A DNA stretch of 64,000 nt. It comes from Clostridia bacterium (GTDB lineage: Bacteria; Bacillota; Clostridia; UMGS1840). Numbering within the stretch: position 1 is the stretch's first letter; each line of letters begins with the position of its first letter. The notes below the pieces were generated by a model. The model did not search any database. It worked only from the letters and a program-made list of their open reading frames with translations, and had not been told where the DNA came from. Location of the stretch: contig JAZQKB010000037.1 of NCBI GenBank assembly GCA_045541975.1, positions 142,326 through 206,325 of the forward strand, in the 5' to 3' direction. Of the stretch, positions 9,758 through 20,395 are shown in pieces. A program made the translations under genes and the position numbers.

Positions 9758-12364
9758 ATGCAGATAGAAAAATTATCACCGATGATGCAGCAGTATTTCC
9801 AAATCAAAAAAGATTACGAAGATACATTGTTGTTCTTTCGGTTAGGCGATTTTTATGAAATGTTTTTCTCGGATGCCATCACCGCATCCCGTGAACTGGA
9901 AATTACCTTAACAGGCAGAGATTGCGGTCAGGAGGAACGTGCACCTATGTGCGGTGTTCCGTATCACAGTGCCGAAACTTATATTTCCAAACTGATCAAA
10001 AAAGGCTATAAAGTTGCTATTTGTGAGCAGGTCACAGATCCTAAAGCCGCAAAGGGAATTGTGGAACGGGCAGTTGTTCGTATTATCACACCCGGTACCT
10101 TTTCCGACACCAATGCGCTGGATGAAAAATCCAATCACTATCTTGCATCTGCATATATTACCAAAAAAGGGGCTGGAGTTACCTTTGCCGATATTACCAC
10201 GGGCGATGTGTCTACCACCGAATTTACGGGAGCAGATTTTATTTCTCATTTGACCAGTGAACTGGTAAAATATGCACCTGCAGAAATTTTAGTGAATGCT
10301 GAAGCCTTGATTCATAAAACATTTCTTTCTTCCGTGAAAGAAAGAATTAATACCCGTTTTGAAACGATGGAGGATTCCTTATATTCTTTCTCCAGTGTGG
10401 AAGAAAATTTATCCAAACGTTTTGATGCTTTTTGGGAGAAAAAAGATACTTTAATCAAAAAAGAGCTTTCCTATTTTTCCTTAGCGGTTTGTCTTTACTA
10501 TATTGACAAAACCCAGAAAACTGAGCTTCGTCATATTACAGAGTTTGATTATTACGATACCAAAAGCTTTTTAGAGATTGACGATTGCGCTAAACGAAAT
10601 TTAGAACTTACAGAAACCATGCGGGATAAAAAACGGCAGGGTTCCTTATTTGGTGTTTTGGATGAAACCAAAACTTCCATGGGCGCCCGAATGTTAAAAC
10701 GCTTTATTGAAAAACCTTTGGTAAACCGCACAGCAATTGAACGTCGGTTAGATGCGGTGGAAGAATTAACCCGTAATCAGCCGGATGCAGATGCTATGCG
10801 TACCTACTTAAAAGACATCCGCGATGTGGAACGCCTATTATCTAAAATCTCTTTAAAAACCGTGAATGGCAGAGATTTACTTGCACTTCGTGATTCCTTC
10901 CGGGTATTGCCGCAATTAAAAGATTTGGTAGGTCAATTTAACACTTCTTTATGGAAACAGATGTATCAAGACTGGGATTCTTTGGAAGATATTTTCTCAG
11001 AAATTGATGCTTCCATTTCCGAGGATGCCCCCTTAACCATCCGAGAAGGGGAAATCATCAAAGACGGTTATCACGAAGAGATTGATAAAATCCGTGCAAT
11101 GAAGAAAAACAGCAAAACCATTCTGCTGGATTTGGAAAACAGAGAACGGGAAAAAACCGGCATTGCCAAATTAAAAACCGGCTACAACAAAGTATTCGGC
11201 TACTATATCGAAGTTACCAAGTCTTATCAGGATTTGGTGCCTGACTATTTTATCAGAAAGCAAACCTTAGCCAACTGTGAGCGTTATATCACAGGGGAAT
11301 TAAAAGAAATTGAAGAAGTGCTGTTAAGTGCGGAAGAAAAAATCACCGAGCTGGAATATCAAGTGTTCTGCCAGATTCGGGAAATGATTTTCAAAAACTC
11401 CGAACGAATCAAAAAGACAGCTGATCTGGTTAGTTACTTAGATGTTTTGTGCTCCTTCTATGAAACGGCATTAAAACACAATTATGTGAAACCGGAATTT
11501 AACGCAGGCAATCAGATTGAAATTTTAGACGGCCGTCATCCTGTGGTAGAGCAGGCAAGACGGGATGTTTTGTTTGTGTCAAATGATACGAAACTCACCG
11601 AAAAGGAACATTTCGCCATTATTACCGGGCCTAATATGGCAGGTAAATCCACCTATATGCGTCAGGTTGCCTTAATCTGCATTATGGCGCAGATGGGTTC
11701 CTTTGTGCCTGCAAAATTCGCTTCTTTAGCGGTATTGGATAAAGTATTCACCCGTGTGGGCGCATCCGATGACCTAGCTATGGGGCAGTCCACTTTTATG
11801 GTGGAAATGACAGAGGTATCCACCATTTTAAAAAATGCCACGAAAAACAGTCTGATTATTTTAGACGAAATTGGCCGTGGTACCAGCACCTATGACGGTT
11901 TGTCTATTGCCTGGGCAGTGGTGGAATATATTTGTGAAAAAATCGGAGCCAAAACGTTATTTGCAACCCATTATCACGAGCTGACTCAATTGGAAGATAA
12001 AATGAGTCCTGTGAAAAACTACTGTGTTGCTGTGAAAAAGCGTGGAGATGATATCACGTTTTTACGCCGTATTATTGAAGGCGGTGCGGATGATAGCTAC
12101 GGGGTGGAAGTTGCGAAACTGGCAGGAATCCCTAATCAGGTCATTAAACGTGCTCAGGAACTGGTGCGTGACTTAGAAGGGGATAAAACCGAAATGAGAA
12201 TCCCTCCTGCAACGGTTATGGAGGAAGAAGAGAACCAGTCCTTTGCAGGCTTATTATCTATGAATCTGGTAGCAGAGCTCCAGAAGACTGACGTTACCAC
12301 CCTAACTCCTTTAGAAGCATTAAACCTTTTAAATCACTTAGTAAACGAAGCCAAAAAAATCTAG
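9758..12364 (+). CDS. mutS: DNA mismatch repair protein MutS
   Basis: The N-terminus is TPMMQQY...FFRLGDFYE. It also has the Walker A GPNMAGKST and the TFMVEM and THYHEL motifs. Confidence 0.97.
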   Translation: MQIEKLSPMMQQYFQIKKDYEDTLLFFRLGDFYEMFFSDAITASRELEITLTGRDCGQEERAPMCGVPYHSAETYISKLIKKGYKVAICEQVTDPKAAKGIVERAVVRIITPGTFSDTNALDEKSNHYLASAYITKKGAGVTFADITTGDVSTTEFTGADFISHLTSELVKYAPAEILVNAEALIHKTFLSSVKERINTRFETMEDSLYSFSSVEENLSKRFDAFWEKKDTLIKKELSYFSLAVCLYYIDKTQKTELRHITEFDYYDTKSFLEIDDCAKRNLELTETMRDKKRQGSLFGVLDETKTSMGARMLKRFIEKPLVNRTAIERRLDAVEELTRNQPDADAMRTYLKDIRDVERLLSKISLKTVNGRDLLALRDSFRVLPQLKDLVGQFNTSLWKQMYQDWDSLEDIFSEIDASISEDAPLTIREGEIIKDGYHEEIDKIRAMKKNSKTILLDLENREREKTGIAKLKTGYNKVFGYYIEVTKSYQDLVPDYFIRKQTLANCERYITGELKEIEEVLLSAEEKITELEYQVFCQIREMIFKNSERIKKTADLVSYLDVLCSFYETALKHNYVKPEFNAGNQIEILDGRHPVVEQARRDVLFVSNDTKLTEKEHFAIITGPNMAGKSTYMRQVALICIMAQMGSFVPAKFASLAVLDKVFTRVGASDDLAMGQSTFMVEMTEVSTILKNATKNSLIILDEIGRGTSTYDGLSIAWAVVEYICEKIGAKTLFATHYHELTQLEDKMSPVKNYCVAVKKRGDDITFLRRIIEGGADDSYGVEVAKLAGIPNQVIKRAQELVRDLEGDKTEMRIPPATVMEEEENQSFAGLLSMNLVAELQKTDVTTLTPLEALNLLNHLVNEAKKI

Positions 12365-12377
12365 GTAGGAAATACAT

Positions 12378-14279
12378 ATGGGAACCATTCGTGTATTAGA
12401 TCGGTTATTATCCGATATGATTGCCGCAGGCGAGGTGGTGGAACGTCCTTCCTCTGTGGTGAAAGAATTATTTGAAAATGCCAAAGACGCTGGTGCCGGT
12501 AGAATTACCGTGGAAATCGAAGAAGGCGGTAAGAAGCGAATTTCTGTGACGGATGACGGCAGCGGTATGGACCGTGAGGATGCAGTCCTCTCGGTTGTTC
12601 GTTATGCCACCAGTAAATTAAAAGCGAAAGAAGATTTATTTGCCATTTCTACCATGGGTTTTCGCGGCGAAGCGTTGGCAAGTATTTGTGCGGTTTCTAA
12701 AATTACCATTATTACTAGAAAAGAAGATTCTCTTTCCGGAACCAAGCTTATCTGCGAGGGGGGAGAGGTGGTATCTGTGGAAGATATTGGATGTCCTGTG
12801 GGTACCAAAATTACAGTAGAAGATTTATTCTATAATACTCCTGCAAGATTGAAATTTTTAAAAAAAGATGCCACGGAAGGTGCCTATATTGAAGAAATTG
12901 TGGCACGGCTTATCTTATCCAACCCCCATTTGTCCATTAAGTTTGTGAAAGACGGACGGCAGGTATACTACTCCAAAGGAGACAACGATATCCGTTCTGC
13001 CGTTTATGCAGTATACGGAAGTCAACTGTCGGAACAGCTTATTATGGTAGACACCGAAAAAAACGGTATTACCGTTTCCGGTTGCGTGGGTTCTCCCAAT
13101 TTGGCACGACCTACCCGTAAGTTTGAAAATTTCAGTGTAAACGGTAGAATTTGTAAATCTAAAATTTTAATTCAGGCATTGGAATTTGCGTATTTTCAGA
13201 AAATGGCACAGGGAAAATATCCTTTCTGTGCATTGGATATCCGTGTGGATTACAGCTTATGCGACGTAAATGTTCATCCCCAGAAAGCGGAAGTGAAGTT
13301 TTCGGACGAGCAGAGTATCTACGATGCTATTTACACCGCCGTGAAGGATGCTTTAGAAGAAAAGTTGTTTGTGAAAGAAACAAAAACAGTTCCGATTGCT
13401 ACCTCTAAGGCAGTGCAATATGAAGAAGAAAAACCTTATCAGCAAAGTTCTTTCTTGATTAAAGAACCGGTTTCTGCAGAACATAATCTTTCTAAAAAAC
13501 AGGAACCTGTTTTTAACCGTGTGGATGAATTTACATTTCTCAGAGAATCAAAATCAGACAATGAAAAGTCTGTTTTTGCAACAAAAGAACCCGTTATCAA
13601 TGAATTTACCACGAAAAAAGAAGAATATGTCAAAGAGGTAATCATAGAAGAAAGTCCCGCTTCAGTAAAAAATCCGGAAATGGTTGCAGAGTCTGAAATT
13701 GCGGAAACACAACCATTTCGGGTGATTGGTCAGGTATTTTCTTCCTATATCCTGATTGAAAAAGGAGACGAATTGCTTCTGTTGGATCAGCATGCCGCTC
13801 ACGAACGGTTGAATTACGAAAAAATTCATCGGCAAATGACGGAGCGGGAAGTGCATTCTCAGCTACTGATGGTTCCGAAAATCGTGGAATTTGCTCCCAC
13901 GGATTACCGCTTAATGGTAGAGAATTTGGAGTTATTAGCTAATGTGGGCATTATGGCAGACGATTTTTCCGATAATTCAATTGTTGTGCGGGAAATCCCC
14001 TCAGAAGTGAAAGAAAGAAATGTTGAAAAATTACTATATGAAATTTTGGAAGAAATCAAAAGCAGTGGGAAAGTTTTGCCCGAAAACTTTAATTTGCGAC
14101 TTCTGTTTTTAGTAGCTTGCAAAATGAGTGTGAAAGCAAATACCCAGCTTTCCATGTATCAGATGGAAGAACTGGCCAAAGAAGCATTTTCTTTAAACGG
14201 CAAATCCACCTGTCCTCACGGAAGACCGCTATTTATTTCTTTTACTAAAACTTATATCGAAACTAAATTTGAACGCTAG
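12378..14279 (+). CDS. mutL: DNA mismatch repair protein MutL
   Basis: It has a GHKL ATPase N-domain (IAAGEVVERPSSVVKELFENAKDAGA) and a C-terminal dimerisation domain (DQHAAHER). Confidence 0.97.
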   Translation: MGTIRVLDRLLSDMIAAGEVVERPSSVVKELFENAKDAGAGRITVEIEEGGKKRISVTDDGSGMDREDAVLSVVRYATSKLKAKEDLFAISTMGFRGEALASICAVSKITIITRKEDSLSGTKLICEGGEVVSVEDIGCPVGTKITVEDLFYNTPARLKFLKKDATEGAYIEEIVARLILSNPHLSIKFVKDGRQVYYSKGDNDIRSAVYAVYGSQLSEQLIMVDTEKNGITVSGCVGSPNLARPTRKFENFSVNGRICKSKILIQALEFAYFQKMAQGKYPFCALDIRVDYSLCDVNVHPQKAEVKFSDEQSIYDAIYTAVKDALEEKLFVKETKTVPIATSKAVQYEEEKPYQQSSFLIKEPVSAEHNLSKKQEPVFNRVDEFTFLRESKSDNEKSVFATKEPVINEFTTKKEEYVKEVIIEESPASVKNPEMVAESEIAETQPFRVIGQVFSSYILIEKGDELLLLDQHAAHERLNYEKIHRQMTEREVHSQLLMVPKIVEFAPTDYRLMVENLELLANVGIMADDFSDNSIVVREIPSEVKERNVEKLLYEILEEIKSSGKVLPENFNLRLLFLVACKMSVKANTQLSMYQMEELAKEAFSLNGKSTCPHGRPLFISFTKTYIETKFER

Positions 14280-14287
14280 GAGTACCT

Positions 14288-15211
14288 ATGAATCAGGTTA
14301 TTGTCATTGCAGGCCCCACTGCCTCAGGAAAAACCGGATTATCGGTGGAGGTCGCAAAACAATTGCATACAGAAATTGTGTCTGCAGACTCTATGCAGAT
14401 TTATCAGGGAATGAATGTTGGCACCGCCAAGGTTACCGAAGAGGAAATGTGCGGGATCCCTCATCATATGATTGATATTGTTTCCCCAATGGAGAATTAC
14501 AATGTAAGTCGCTATGTGGAAGATGCAAAGCCGATTGTAGACGGTGTTTTAGCGAAAGGAAAAATTCCCATCATTGCAGGTGGGACAGGATTGTATATCA
14601 ATTCCCTAGTATACGGATACGATTTGGCACCTATTCCGGGAGACGAAAAAGTTCGTGCAGAGATTACCGCTTTATATGAAGAAAAAGGTGGCGAGTATTT
14701 GCTCGGGGAACTTCAAAAAATTGATCCGAAAACTGCACAGAGACTTCATCCTAATAATGCCAGACGTTTGATTCGGGCATTGGAGGTGTACCGAATTTCG
14801 GGAACCACTATTTCTGACCAGGAGGAACGCACCAAAAACGCTCCCAAGCCTTATAATGTGCAATTTTTCGTGTTGGATACCGACCGGGACAAGCTGTATG
14901 AGCGTATTAACCGACGGGTAGACGTGATGCTGGAAAACGGACTGATAGAAGAAGTGAAAACACTATTAGAAAGCGGAATCCCAAAAACCAACACTTCCAT
15001 GCAGGCAATCGGATATAAAGAAATTGTAGAGTATTTAGACGGTTATTTAACCTTAGACGAAGCGGTGGAGAAACTAAAAATGGAATCCCGCCGTTATGCC
15101 AAACGGCAGTTAACCTGGTTTCGCAGAAATGAGGGGGCACACTGGTTGGAAGCTACCTTACCCCGAGAAGAACTGGTCCGTCAGATTCTTGAAAGAATAG
15201 AAAAAAGGTGA
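14288..15211 (+). CDS. miaA: tRNA dimethylallyltransferase
   Basis: It has the P-loop GPTASGKT, SADSMQIYQGMNVGTAK and a RQLTWFR motif. Confidence 0.95.
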   Translation: MNQVIVIAGPTASGKTGLSVEVAKQLHTEIVSADSMQIYQGMNVGTAKVTEEEMCGIPHHMIDIVSPMENYNVSRYVEDAKPIVDGVLAKGKIPIIAGGTGLYINSLVYGYDLAPIPGDEKVRAEITALYEEKGGEYLLGELQKIDPKTAQRLHPNNARRLIRALEVYRISGTTISDQEERTKNAPKPYNVQFFVLDTDRDKLYERINRRVDVMLENGLIEEVKTLLESGIPKTNTSMQAIGYKEIVEYLDGYLTLDEAVEKLKMESRRYAKRQLTWFRRNEGAHWLEATLPREELVRQILERIEKR

Positions 15212-15215
15212 CAAA

Positions 15216-16484
15216 ATGGAAGAACAAAGAATGAAAAAGAAAAGAAAAAATAAAATTCCAACAATTTACTATGTGGTGGGTGGAATCATTCTGCTTTTGG
15301 TTGTGGTTGGATTGTATATTTATTACCACCCCAGCTATAGCACACAGGTGGTATACCATAGCAAAGAAGATGAAGTCATCAAAGGCAAGGCAATTCTGGT
15401 ATGGGATGAAGAGCTTCTTTCCTCCACCTCCAAGGGAATGGCCGTTATGAACTATTCCGACGGAACCAGAGTTACTGCAAGAACTCATGTTGCAACTGTG
15501 TATTCCGGTGATATAGATGAAGGAAAAAAACAGAGCATCCGTTCTCTGAGTGAAAAAATTAATGCTTTAGAAATCAGCATTAAAAATCAGAACCGTGATG
15601 GCAGAGGGGATGGGAATACCGCATCATTACTTTTGGATAAAATGCAGGATGTGGCATATTACGCACAGTTAGGAGAGTTTGGGCCCCTCTATCAGGAAGC
15701 GGATGAAATTGAGAATATTGCTATGGGAATCTCCGGTGAAAATCCGAAGGATGAGTTGGAACGTTTAAAACGTCAGAGAGATGATTTGGAACGTTCTATC
15801 ACCGGAAGCAAGGATGCCTTTTATTCTGTCACTTCCGGATTGATTACCTCTAAAGTAGACGGTTATGAAACCGTGATCAATCAAAAAACTTCTGAAAATG
15901 CAGATTGTCAGTTGTTTTCTAATTTATGGAACAGTGGCTCCGTTGATTATGCCGGCACAACAGGAAACTATGTGTTTGGAAAAATTGTGAATAACTATGA
16001 AGCGACAATGCTTGTGTATGTTTCTAATGCAGATGCAGCAGGGATTACAACAAATCCGGTCAAAGAGCCTGAAAAAACCAATCTGCTGTATTTAAAAACA
16101 TCACGGGTGCCGGAAGGTAGAATTGCATGTACCGTGAAAGACATGACCACAAACGGCACGGATACCGTGCTAACGCTTTCGTTAAGTCAACATCTGGATA
16201 CCTTGATGAATGAACGAAAAATGGAAGTAGAGCTTGTAAAGAAAACTCATAACGGTTTACGGATTCCAAAAGAGGCAGTTCAGGGAGAAGGGGACGACCA
16301 ATTTGTTTTCATTGTGAAAGAAAGCGTTGTGAGAAAGCGTCCCATAAAAGTTTTATTTGAAAAAAATGAGTATGTAATTATTGAAGAAAACAACAATAAT
16401 CCTTCCAATGTGCTGTTGTATGATTTAGTGATTACCGAGTATAAAAATTTAGCGGAAGGTAGTCCTGCACCAAATGCCCGTTAG
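15216..16484 (+). CDS. Membrane-anchored HlyD-like (membrane-fusion/barrel-sandwich) protein
   Basis: It has a single N-terminal TM segment (IYYVVGGIILLLVVVGLYIY), a central coiled-coil and a C-terminal beta-rich domain. The family assignment is tentative. Confidence 0.55.
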   Translation: MEEQRMKKKRKNKIPTIYYVVGGIILLLVVVGLYIYYHPSYSTQVVYHSKEDEVIKGKAILVWDEELLSSTSKGMAVMNYSDGTRVTARTHVATVYSGDIDEGKKQSIRSLSEKINALEISIKNQNRDGRGDGNTASLLLDKMQDVAYYAQLGEFGPLYQEADEIENIAMGISGENPKDELERLKRQRDDLERSITGSKDAFYSVTSGLITSKVDGYETVINQKTSENADCQLFSNLWNSGSVDYAGTTGNYVFGKIVNNYEATMLVYVSNADAAGITTNPVKEPEKTNLLYLKTSRVPEGRIACTVKDMTTNGTDTVLTLSLSQHLDTLMNERKMEVELVKKTHNGLRIPKEAVQGEGDDQFVFIVKESVVRKRPIKVLFEKNEYVIIEENNNNPSNVLLYDLVITEYKNLAEGSPAPNAR

Positions 16485-16521
16485 TTTTTTGTAAAAAAAG
16501 GGAGAAAAGGAGAGAATCCGA

Positions 16522-17208
16522 TTGACAATAGCGGAAAAACTTGATATAATAAAAGATGAAATTTCTGACAGCTTGAGAAGTGCCGGACGTTCTTTCGATG
16601 AAGTACAGTTACTCCCCGTCACCAAGATGAAAACTGTGGAAGAAATTATGCCTGCTCTGGAGTATGGCATTCGTGCAATTGGTGAAAATTATGTTCAGGA
16701 GCTGGTTGCAAAATATGATGTTTTAAAGCCTTATGTGGATGAATTTCATATGATTGGGCATTTGCAGTCGAACAAAGTGAAGTACATCATTGATAAGGTG
16801 AGCCTGATTCATTCCGTGGATTCTTTGTCAGTTTTGTCAGAAATTCAGAAACAGGCGCAGAAAATCGGAAAAGTTCAGGAGATTCTTTTTGAAGTGAATC
16901 TCACCAAGGAGGATTCCAAGTTTGGTGTTTATGAAGAAAACTTGGAAGAGCTGTATCAAAAAGCTAAGCAACTCCCTAACGTTGCGGTGTGCGGTCTGAT
17001 GACAATGCCACCCGTTCATTATGGAGAGGATGAACTTCGGAGAGTATTTTCAAAATTACGAACCCTCTATGAAAATTATAAAACTTCGGATTCTGCCTTT
17101 CGCATTTTATCCATGGGGATGAGCAATGATTATCGGATTGCTATTGAAGAAGGCTCAACCTTGGTACGTATCGGTTCCAAAATTTTTGGTCCGAGAAATT
17201 ATTTGTAA
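16522..17208 (+). CDS. ylmE: YggS/YlmE family pyridoxal-phosphate protein
   Basis: It has LLPVTK (PLP lysine), IGENYVQE, GHLQSNK and MGMSNDY motifs. It has a TTG start after GGAGAAAAGGAG. Confidence 0.9.
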   Translation: MTIAEKLDIIKDEISDSLRSAGRSFDEVQLLPVTKMKTVEEIMPALEYGIRAIGENYVQELVAKYDVLKPYVDEFHMIGHLQSNKVKYIIDKVSLIHSVDSLSVLSEIQKQAQKIGKVQEILFEVNLTKEDSKFGVYEENLEELYQKAKQLPNVAVCGLMTMPPVHYGEDELRRVFSKLRTLYENYKTSDSAFRILSMGMSNDYRIAIEEGSTLVRIGSKIFGPRNYL

Positions 17209-17261
17209 ATGATAAGACGGAAGTGTGCAACTTCCAAATTACAATATAGGAGGAAATGGAA

Positions 17262-17729
17262 ATGTTTGGCGCTATTAAGAAAAAATTAGTTGATTTTGGT
17301 ATTTTAGAAAAGGAAGAGGACGAATTAGAAGAAGAAGCTGTGGAAGGAATTTTCACTTCTAATAAGGAAAATAAATCCAAAGAGATTAAAGAAACAAAAG
17401 AACCGTTCTCTGCACCTAAAAAAGGAAAAATTGTAAACATTCATACCACCACTCAGCTGAAGGTTGTTGTTGTTCAGCCGGTGGCATTTGAAGATTCCAA
17501 AGAAATTGCAGATCATTTGAAAACCAAAAAACCTATTGTGGTGAACTTAGAAAATATTGACCGCGAAGTTGCAAAACGGATCATTGACTTTTTATCCGGT
17601 GCAGTTTATTCTCTGGACGGTAACATCCAGAAGATTTCCAATGGCATTTTCCTGATTGTTCCGTATAATATGGGAATTATGGGAGATTTTAAGGATGAGC
17701 TTCGCAATAAAGTCGCATTTCCGTTCTAA
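17262..17729 (+). CDS. sepF: Cell division protein SepF
   Basis: It has the conserved C-terminal SepF domain (VVVVQPVAFEDSKEIADHLKTKKPIVVNLENIDREVAKRIIDFLSGAVYSLDG). ATG 17262 is 8 nt after AGGAGG, whereas ATG 17256 is only 2 nt after it. Confidence 0.9.
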   Translation: MFGAIKKKLVDFGILEKEEDELEEEAVEGIFTSNKENKSKEIKETKEPFSAPKKGKIVNIHTTTQLKVVVVQPVAFEDSKEIADHLKTKKPIVVNLENIDREVAKRIIDFLSGAVYSLDGNIQKISNGIFLIVPYNMGIMGDFKDELRNKVAFPF

Positions 17730-17744
17730 TCCTTTTTAATTTTT

Positions 17745-18506
17745 ATGCAGACAAAAACAGAACTGTTGGCAAAAATATCCGATAAGGATGACAGGATGCT
17801 GTTATCCTCCGTATATGATAAGCTGGAACAATCCTATCAGAGAAATTATCCTGTGTTTTCCGATTTTTTGGATGAGCGGCAAATCGCTCTTGTAAAATCG
17901 CTGTTTTCTTTTTGGAAAGACGATTTATGTTTTTTCGGAGGTATTGAGAATGCGGGAAGAAATATTTGTCATCTTCGTTTTGGCTATGAAGAGTACCCTA
18001 TTAAGCTAGTGGAACTTTCATTTCCGAAAGGAGCGGATGTTTCTCACCGTGATGTTTTAGGTTCCTTGATGGGACTTGGCATCAAGCGGCAAAAAATCGG
18101 GGATATTTTAGTGGATGGGATTGCTGTTGTAGCAGTAAAAGAAGAAATTTTAAAATATCTGACGGAGAATCTGATTTCTGTTGGCAGATATCCTGTAACA
18201 CTACGGGTTTTAGATGGCTTTTCTGTGAAAAGCACAGCGAATTTTTCCTACCGTCAGACCACGGTAGCAGCACTACGGCTGGATTGCATCGTTTCCGATA
18301 TTACCCGTTTGTCTCGCGAGAAAGCAAAAGAGTTGATTCTTTCGGGAAAAGTAAAAGTGAATCATTTTGAAGAAACCCATTATAATAAGGTGCTTTCGCA
18401 GGGGGATATGATTTCTGTTTCCAAAAAGGGACGGTTTGTTTTGGAGGAAATTGAAGGTGTCACCCGCAAAGACCGAGTAAGAATTACAATCAAGAAATAT
18501 GAATAA
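17745..18506 (+). CDS. ylmH: YlmH-like S4-domain RNA-binding protein
   Basis: It has a C-terminal S4 motif (LRLDCIVSDITRLSREKAKELILSGKVKVN) and sits between sepF and divIVA. Confidence 0.8.
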   Translation: MQTKTELLAKISDKDDRMLLSSVYDKLEQSYQRNYPVFSDFLDERQIALVKSLFSFWKDDLCFFGGIENAGRNICHLRFGYEEYPIKLVELSFPKGADVSHRDVLGSLMGLGIKRQKIGDILVDGIAVVAVKEEILKYLTENLISVGRYPVTLRVLDGFSVKSTANFSYRQTTVAALRLDCIVSDITRLSREKAKELILSGKVKVNHFEETHYNKVLSQGDMISVSKKGRFVLEEIEGVTRKDRVRITIKKYE

Positions 18507-18559
18507 GGCATAGGAGATCCATACTCTTATGCCTTTATCTGAAAAAAGGGGGAATTTTT

Positions 18560-19000
18560 ATGTACACACCGATCGAACTTGAAAACATTACCTTTAAAAA
18601 GGCTGCTTTTGGATACAGCCAAGATGAGGTTGAGCAATTTGTGGAACGTATTTATAAGGATTACGACAAATTGTATAAAGAAAACCTTGCATTAAAAGAC
18701 AAAAACAATATGCTCTCGGATGCCATTCGCGAATACAAATCCATGGAAGATGCATTAAGAGATACTGTAGTCACTGCCCATTCTATTTCCGATGAAGTGA
18801 AGAAAAATGCACATAAAGAAGCTGAAATTATCGTAAAAGAAGCTAATGTGCAAAAAGATGAAATGATTGCCAAAGCCAATGAAGAGCTCTCAGCAATTCA
18901 GACTCAGATTGCAACTTTAAAACAGGAATTTAATATTTACAAATCTAAAATCAGAAGCTTGATTCAGTCTCAGATAGAAATTTTGGAACTGGATCAATAA
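18560..19000 (+). CDS. divIVA: DivIVA domain cell-division protein
   Basis: The N-terminus TPIELENITFKKAAFGYSQDEVEQFVERI is the DivIVA lipid-binding motif, followed by a coiled-coil. Confidence 0.85.
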   Translation: MYTPIELENITFKKAAFGYSQDEVEQFVERIYKDYDKLYKENLALKDKNNMLSDAIREYKSMEDALRDTVVTAHSISDEVKKNAHKEAEIIVKEANVQKDEMIAKANEELSAIQTQIATLKQEFNIYKSKIRSLIQSQIEILELDQ

Positions 19001-19010
19001 AGGTATATTT

Positions 19011-19469
19011 ATGATAGCATTGTATCTTGGAATCGTTCTATTTTTAATCTTTGTTACCAGAATCTTGGCATACTGGGGAATTTATGCCTTGGCACAGTCT
19101 GAAATCATTGTGATACCTGAAGTTTTGAAATTGACATTGGTACAGAATTTTGGCGCAGGCTTTGGCATTTTTGAAGGCGCAAAAATTCTGTTGATCAGTG
19201 TGTCGGTGATTTTGTTTCTTGCAATTACTTATTATGTGGTCGCTAAGAAAAAAGAAATCCGTTTTTCCACGCTGATTCCGTTAGCAATGGTGGCAGGAGG
19301 CGGTATTTCTAATGTGGCAGACCGCTTTCAGTTTGGTTATGTGGTAGATTACATCAATGTTTATTGCATTAACTATCCTGTTTTTAACCTTGCGGATATT
19401 TGCATCGTATTCGGCGTGTTTTGGATTGCGGCAAAAATTTTATTTGCCAAAGAACCGCAGGAGCAGTAG
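19011..19469 (+). CDS. lspA: Signal peptidase II (lipoprotein signal peptidase)
   Basis: It has four TM segments and the NFGAGFG and NVADRF...VVDYI...FNLAD catalytic Asp motifs. Confidence 0.88.
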   Translation: MIALYLGIVLFLIFVTRILAYWGIYALAQSEIIVIPEVLKLTLVQNFGAGFGIFEGAKILLISVSVILFLAITYYVVAKKKEIRFSTLIPLAMVAGGGISNVADRFQFGYVVDYINVYCINYPVFNLADICIVFGVFWIAAKILFAKEPQEQ

Positions 19470-19479
19470 GAGTTAACCT

Positions 19480-20391
19480 ATGGAGCTGATTGTTTCAACA
19501 ACTGAAAAAATTAGAATTGATAAATACCTTGCAGATGCATGTTCCGATTTCACCAGAAGTTTTGTGCAAAAACTGATTGAGGAAGGCAATATCACAGTAA
19601 ACGGTAATGTTTGCACCAAAAAAACAGCAGTTTTGGATGGCGATGTGGTTGTTTGCCGGATTCCCGAGCCGAAAGAACTTTCGGTTACAGCAGAGAATAT
19701 TCCGCTGGAAATTGTTTATGAAGATGATTCTCTGATTGTGGTCAAGAAGCCACGGGGAATGGTAGTTCATCCTGCGAACGGAAATTTAGATGGCACTTTG
19801 GTGAATGCACTTTTATATCACTGTAAGGGGCGTCTTTCTTCCATTAACGGTGTAATTCGTCCCGGAATTGTTCACCGCATTGATAAGGATACCAGTGGTA
19901 TCCTTTTAGTAGCCAAAACAGATGCGGCTCATCTTTCTTTGGCAGAACAAATTAAAGAGCATTCTGTGAAAAGAGAATATATTGCCTTGCTGGACGGTGT
20001 TATCAAAGATGATGAGGGCACTGTAGATAAGCCTATCGGACGAAGTGAAAAAGACCGCAAAAAAATGGCAATCACTCAAAAAAATTCAAGAAATGCTGTA
20101 ACACACTACAAAGTTTTAGAGCGCTATAAGGGATACTGTTTGGTGAAATGCCGTTTAGAAACCGGCAGAACGCATCAGATTCGTGTGCATATGGCAAGTC
20201 TTGGACATCCGGTAACCGGTGACCCGGTATACGGAGCCAAAAAACAGAAACTGTTTCAAAACGGACAGCTTCTCCATGCAAAAACCATTGGTTTTATTCA
20301 TCCAAAAACCGAAGAATACATGGAATTTACTTCTGAACTTCCTCTGGATTTTCAGAATGTTTTAACCAAGCTGAATCATCAGGAGAATTGA
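19480..20391 (+). CDS. rluD: 23S rRNA pseudouridine synthase, RluD/RluA family
   Basis: It has an S4 N-domain, the HRIDKDTSGILLVAK catalytic motif and the GRTHQIRVH motif. Confidence 0.92.
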   Translation: MELIVSTTEKIRIDKYLADACSDFTRSFVQKLIEEGNITVNGNVCTKKTAVLDGDVVVCRIPEPKELSVTAENIPLEIVYEDDSLIVVKKPRGMVVHPANGNLDGTLVNALLYHCKGRLSSINGVIRPGIVHRIDKDTSGILLVAKTDAAHLSLAEQIKEHSVKREYIALLDGVIKDDEGTVDKPIGRSEKDRKKMAITQKNSRNAVTHYKVLERYKGYCLVKCRLETGRTHQIRVHMASLGHPVTGDPVYGAKKQKLFQNGQLLHAKTIGFIHPKTEEYMEFTSELPLDFQNVLTKLNHQEN

Positions 20392-20395
20392 TAAC

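Noticed and set aside
15212-15215. Expected hfq downstream of miaA
   Set aside because: Only 4 nt separate miaA from the next gene, so hfq is not here. Its absence from this position is common enough in Clostridia and is not an anomaly by itself.
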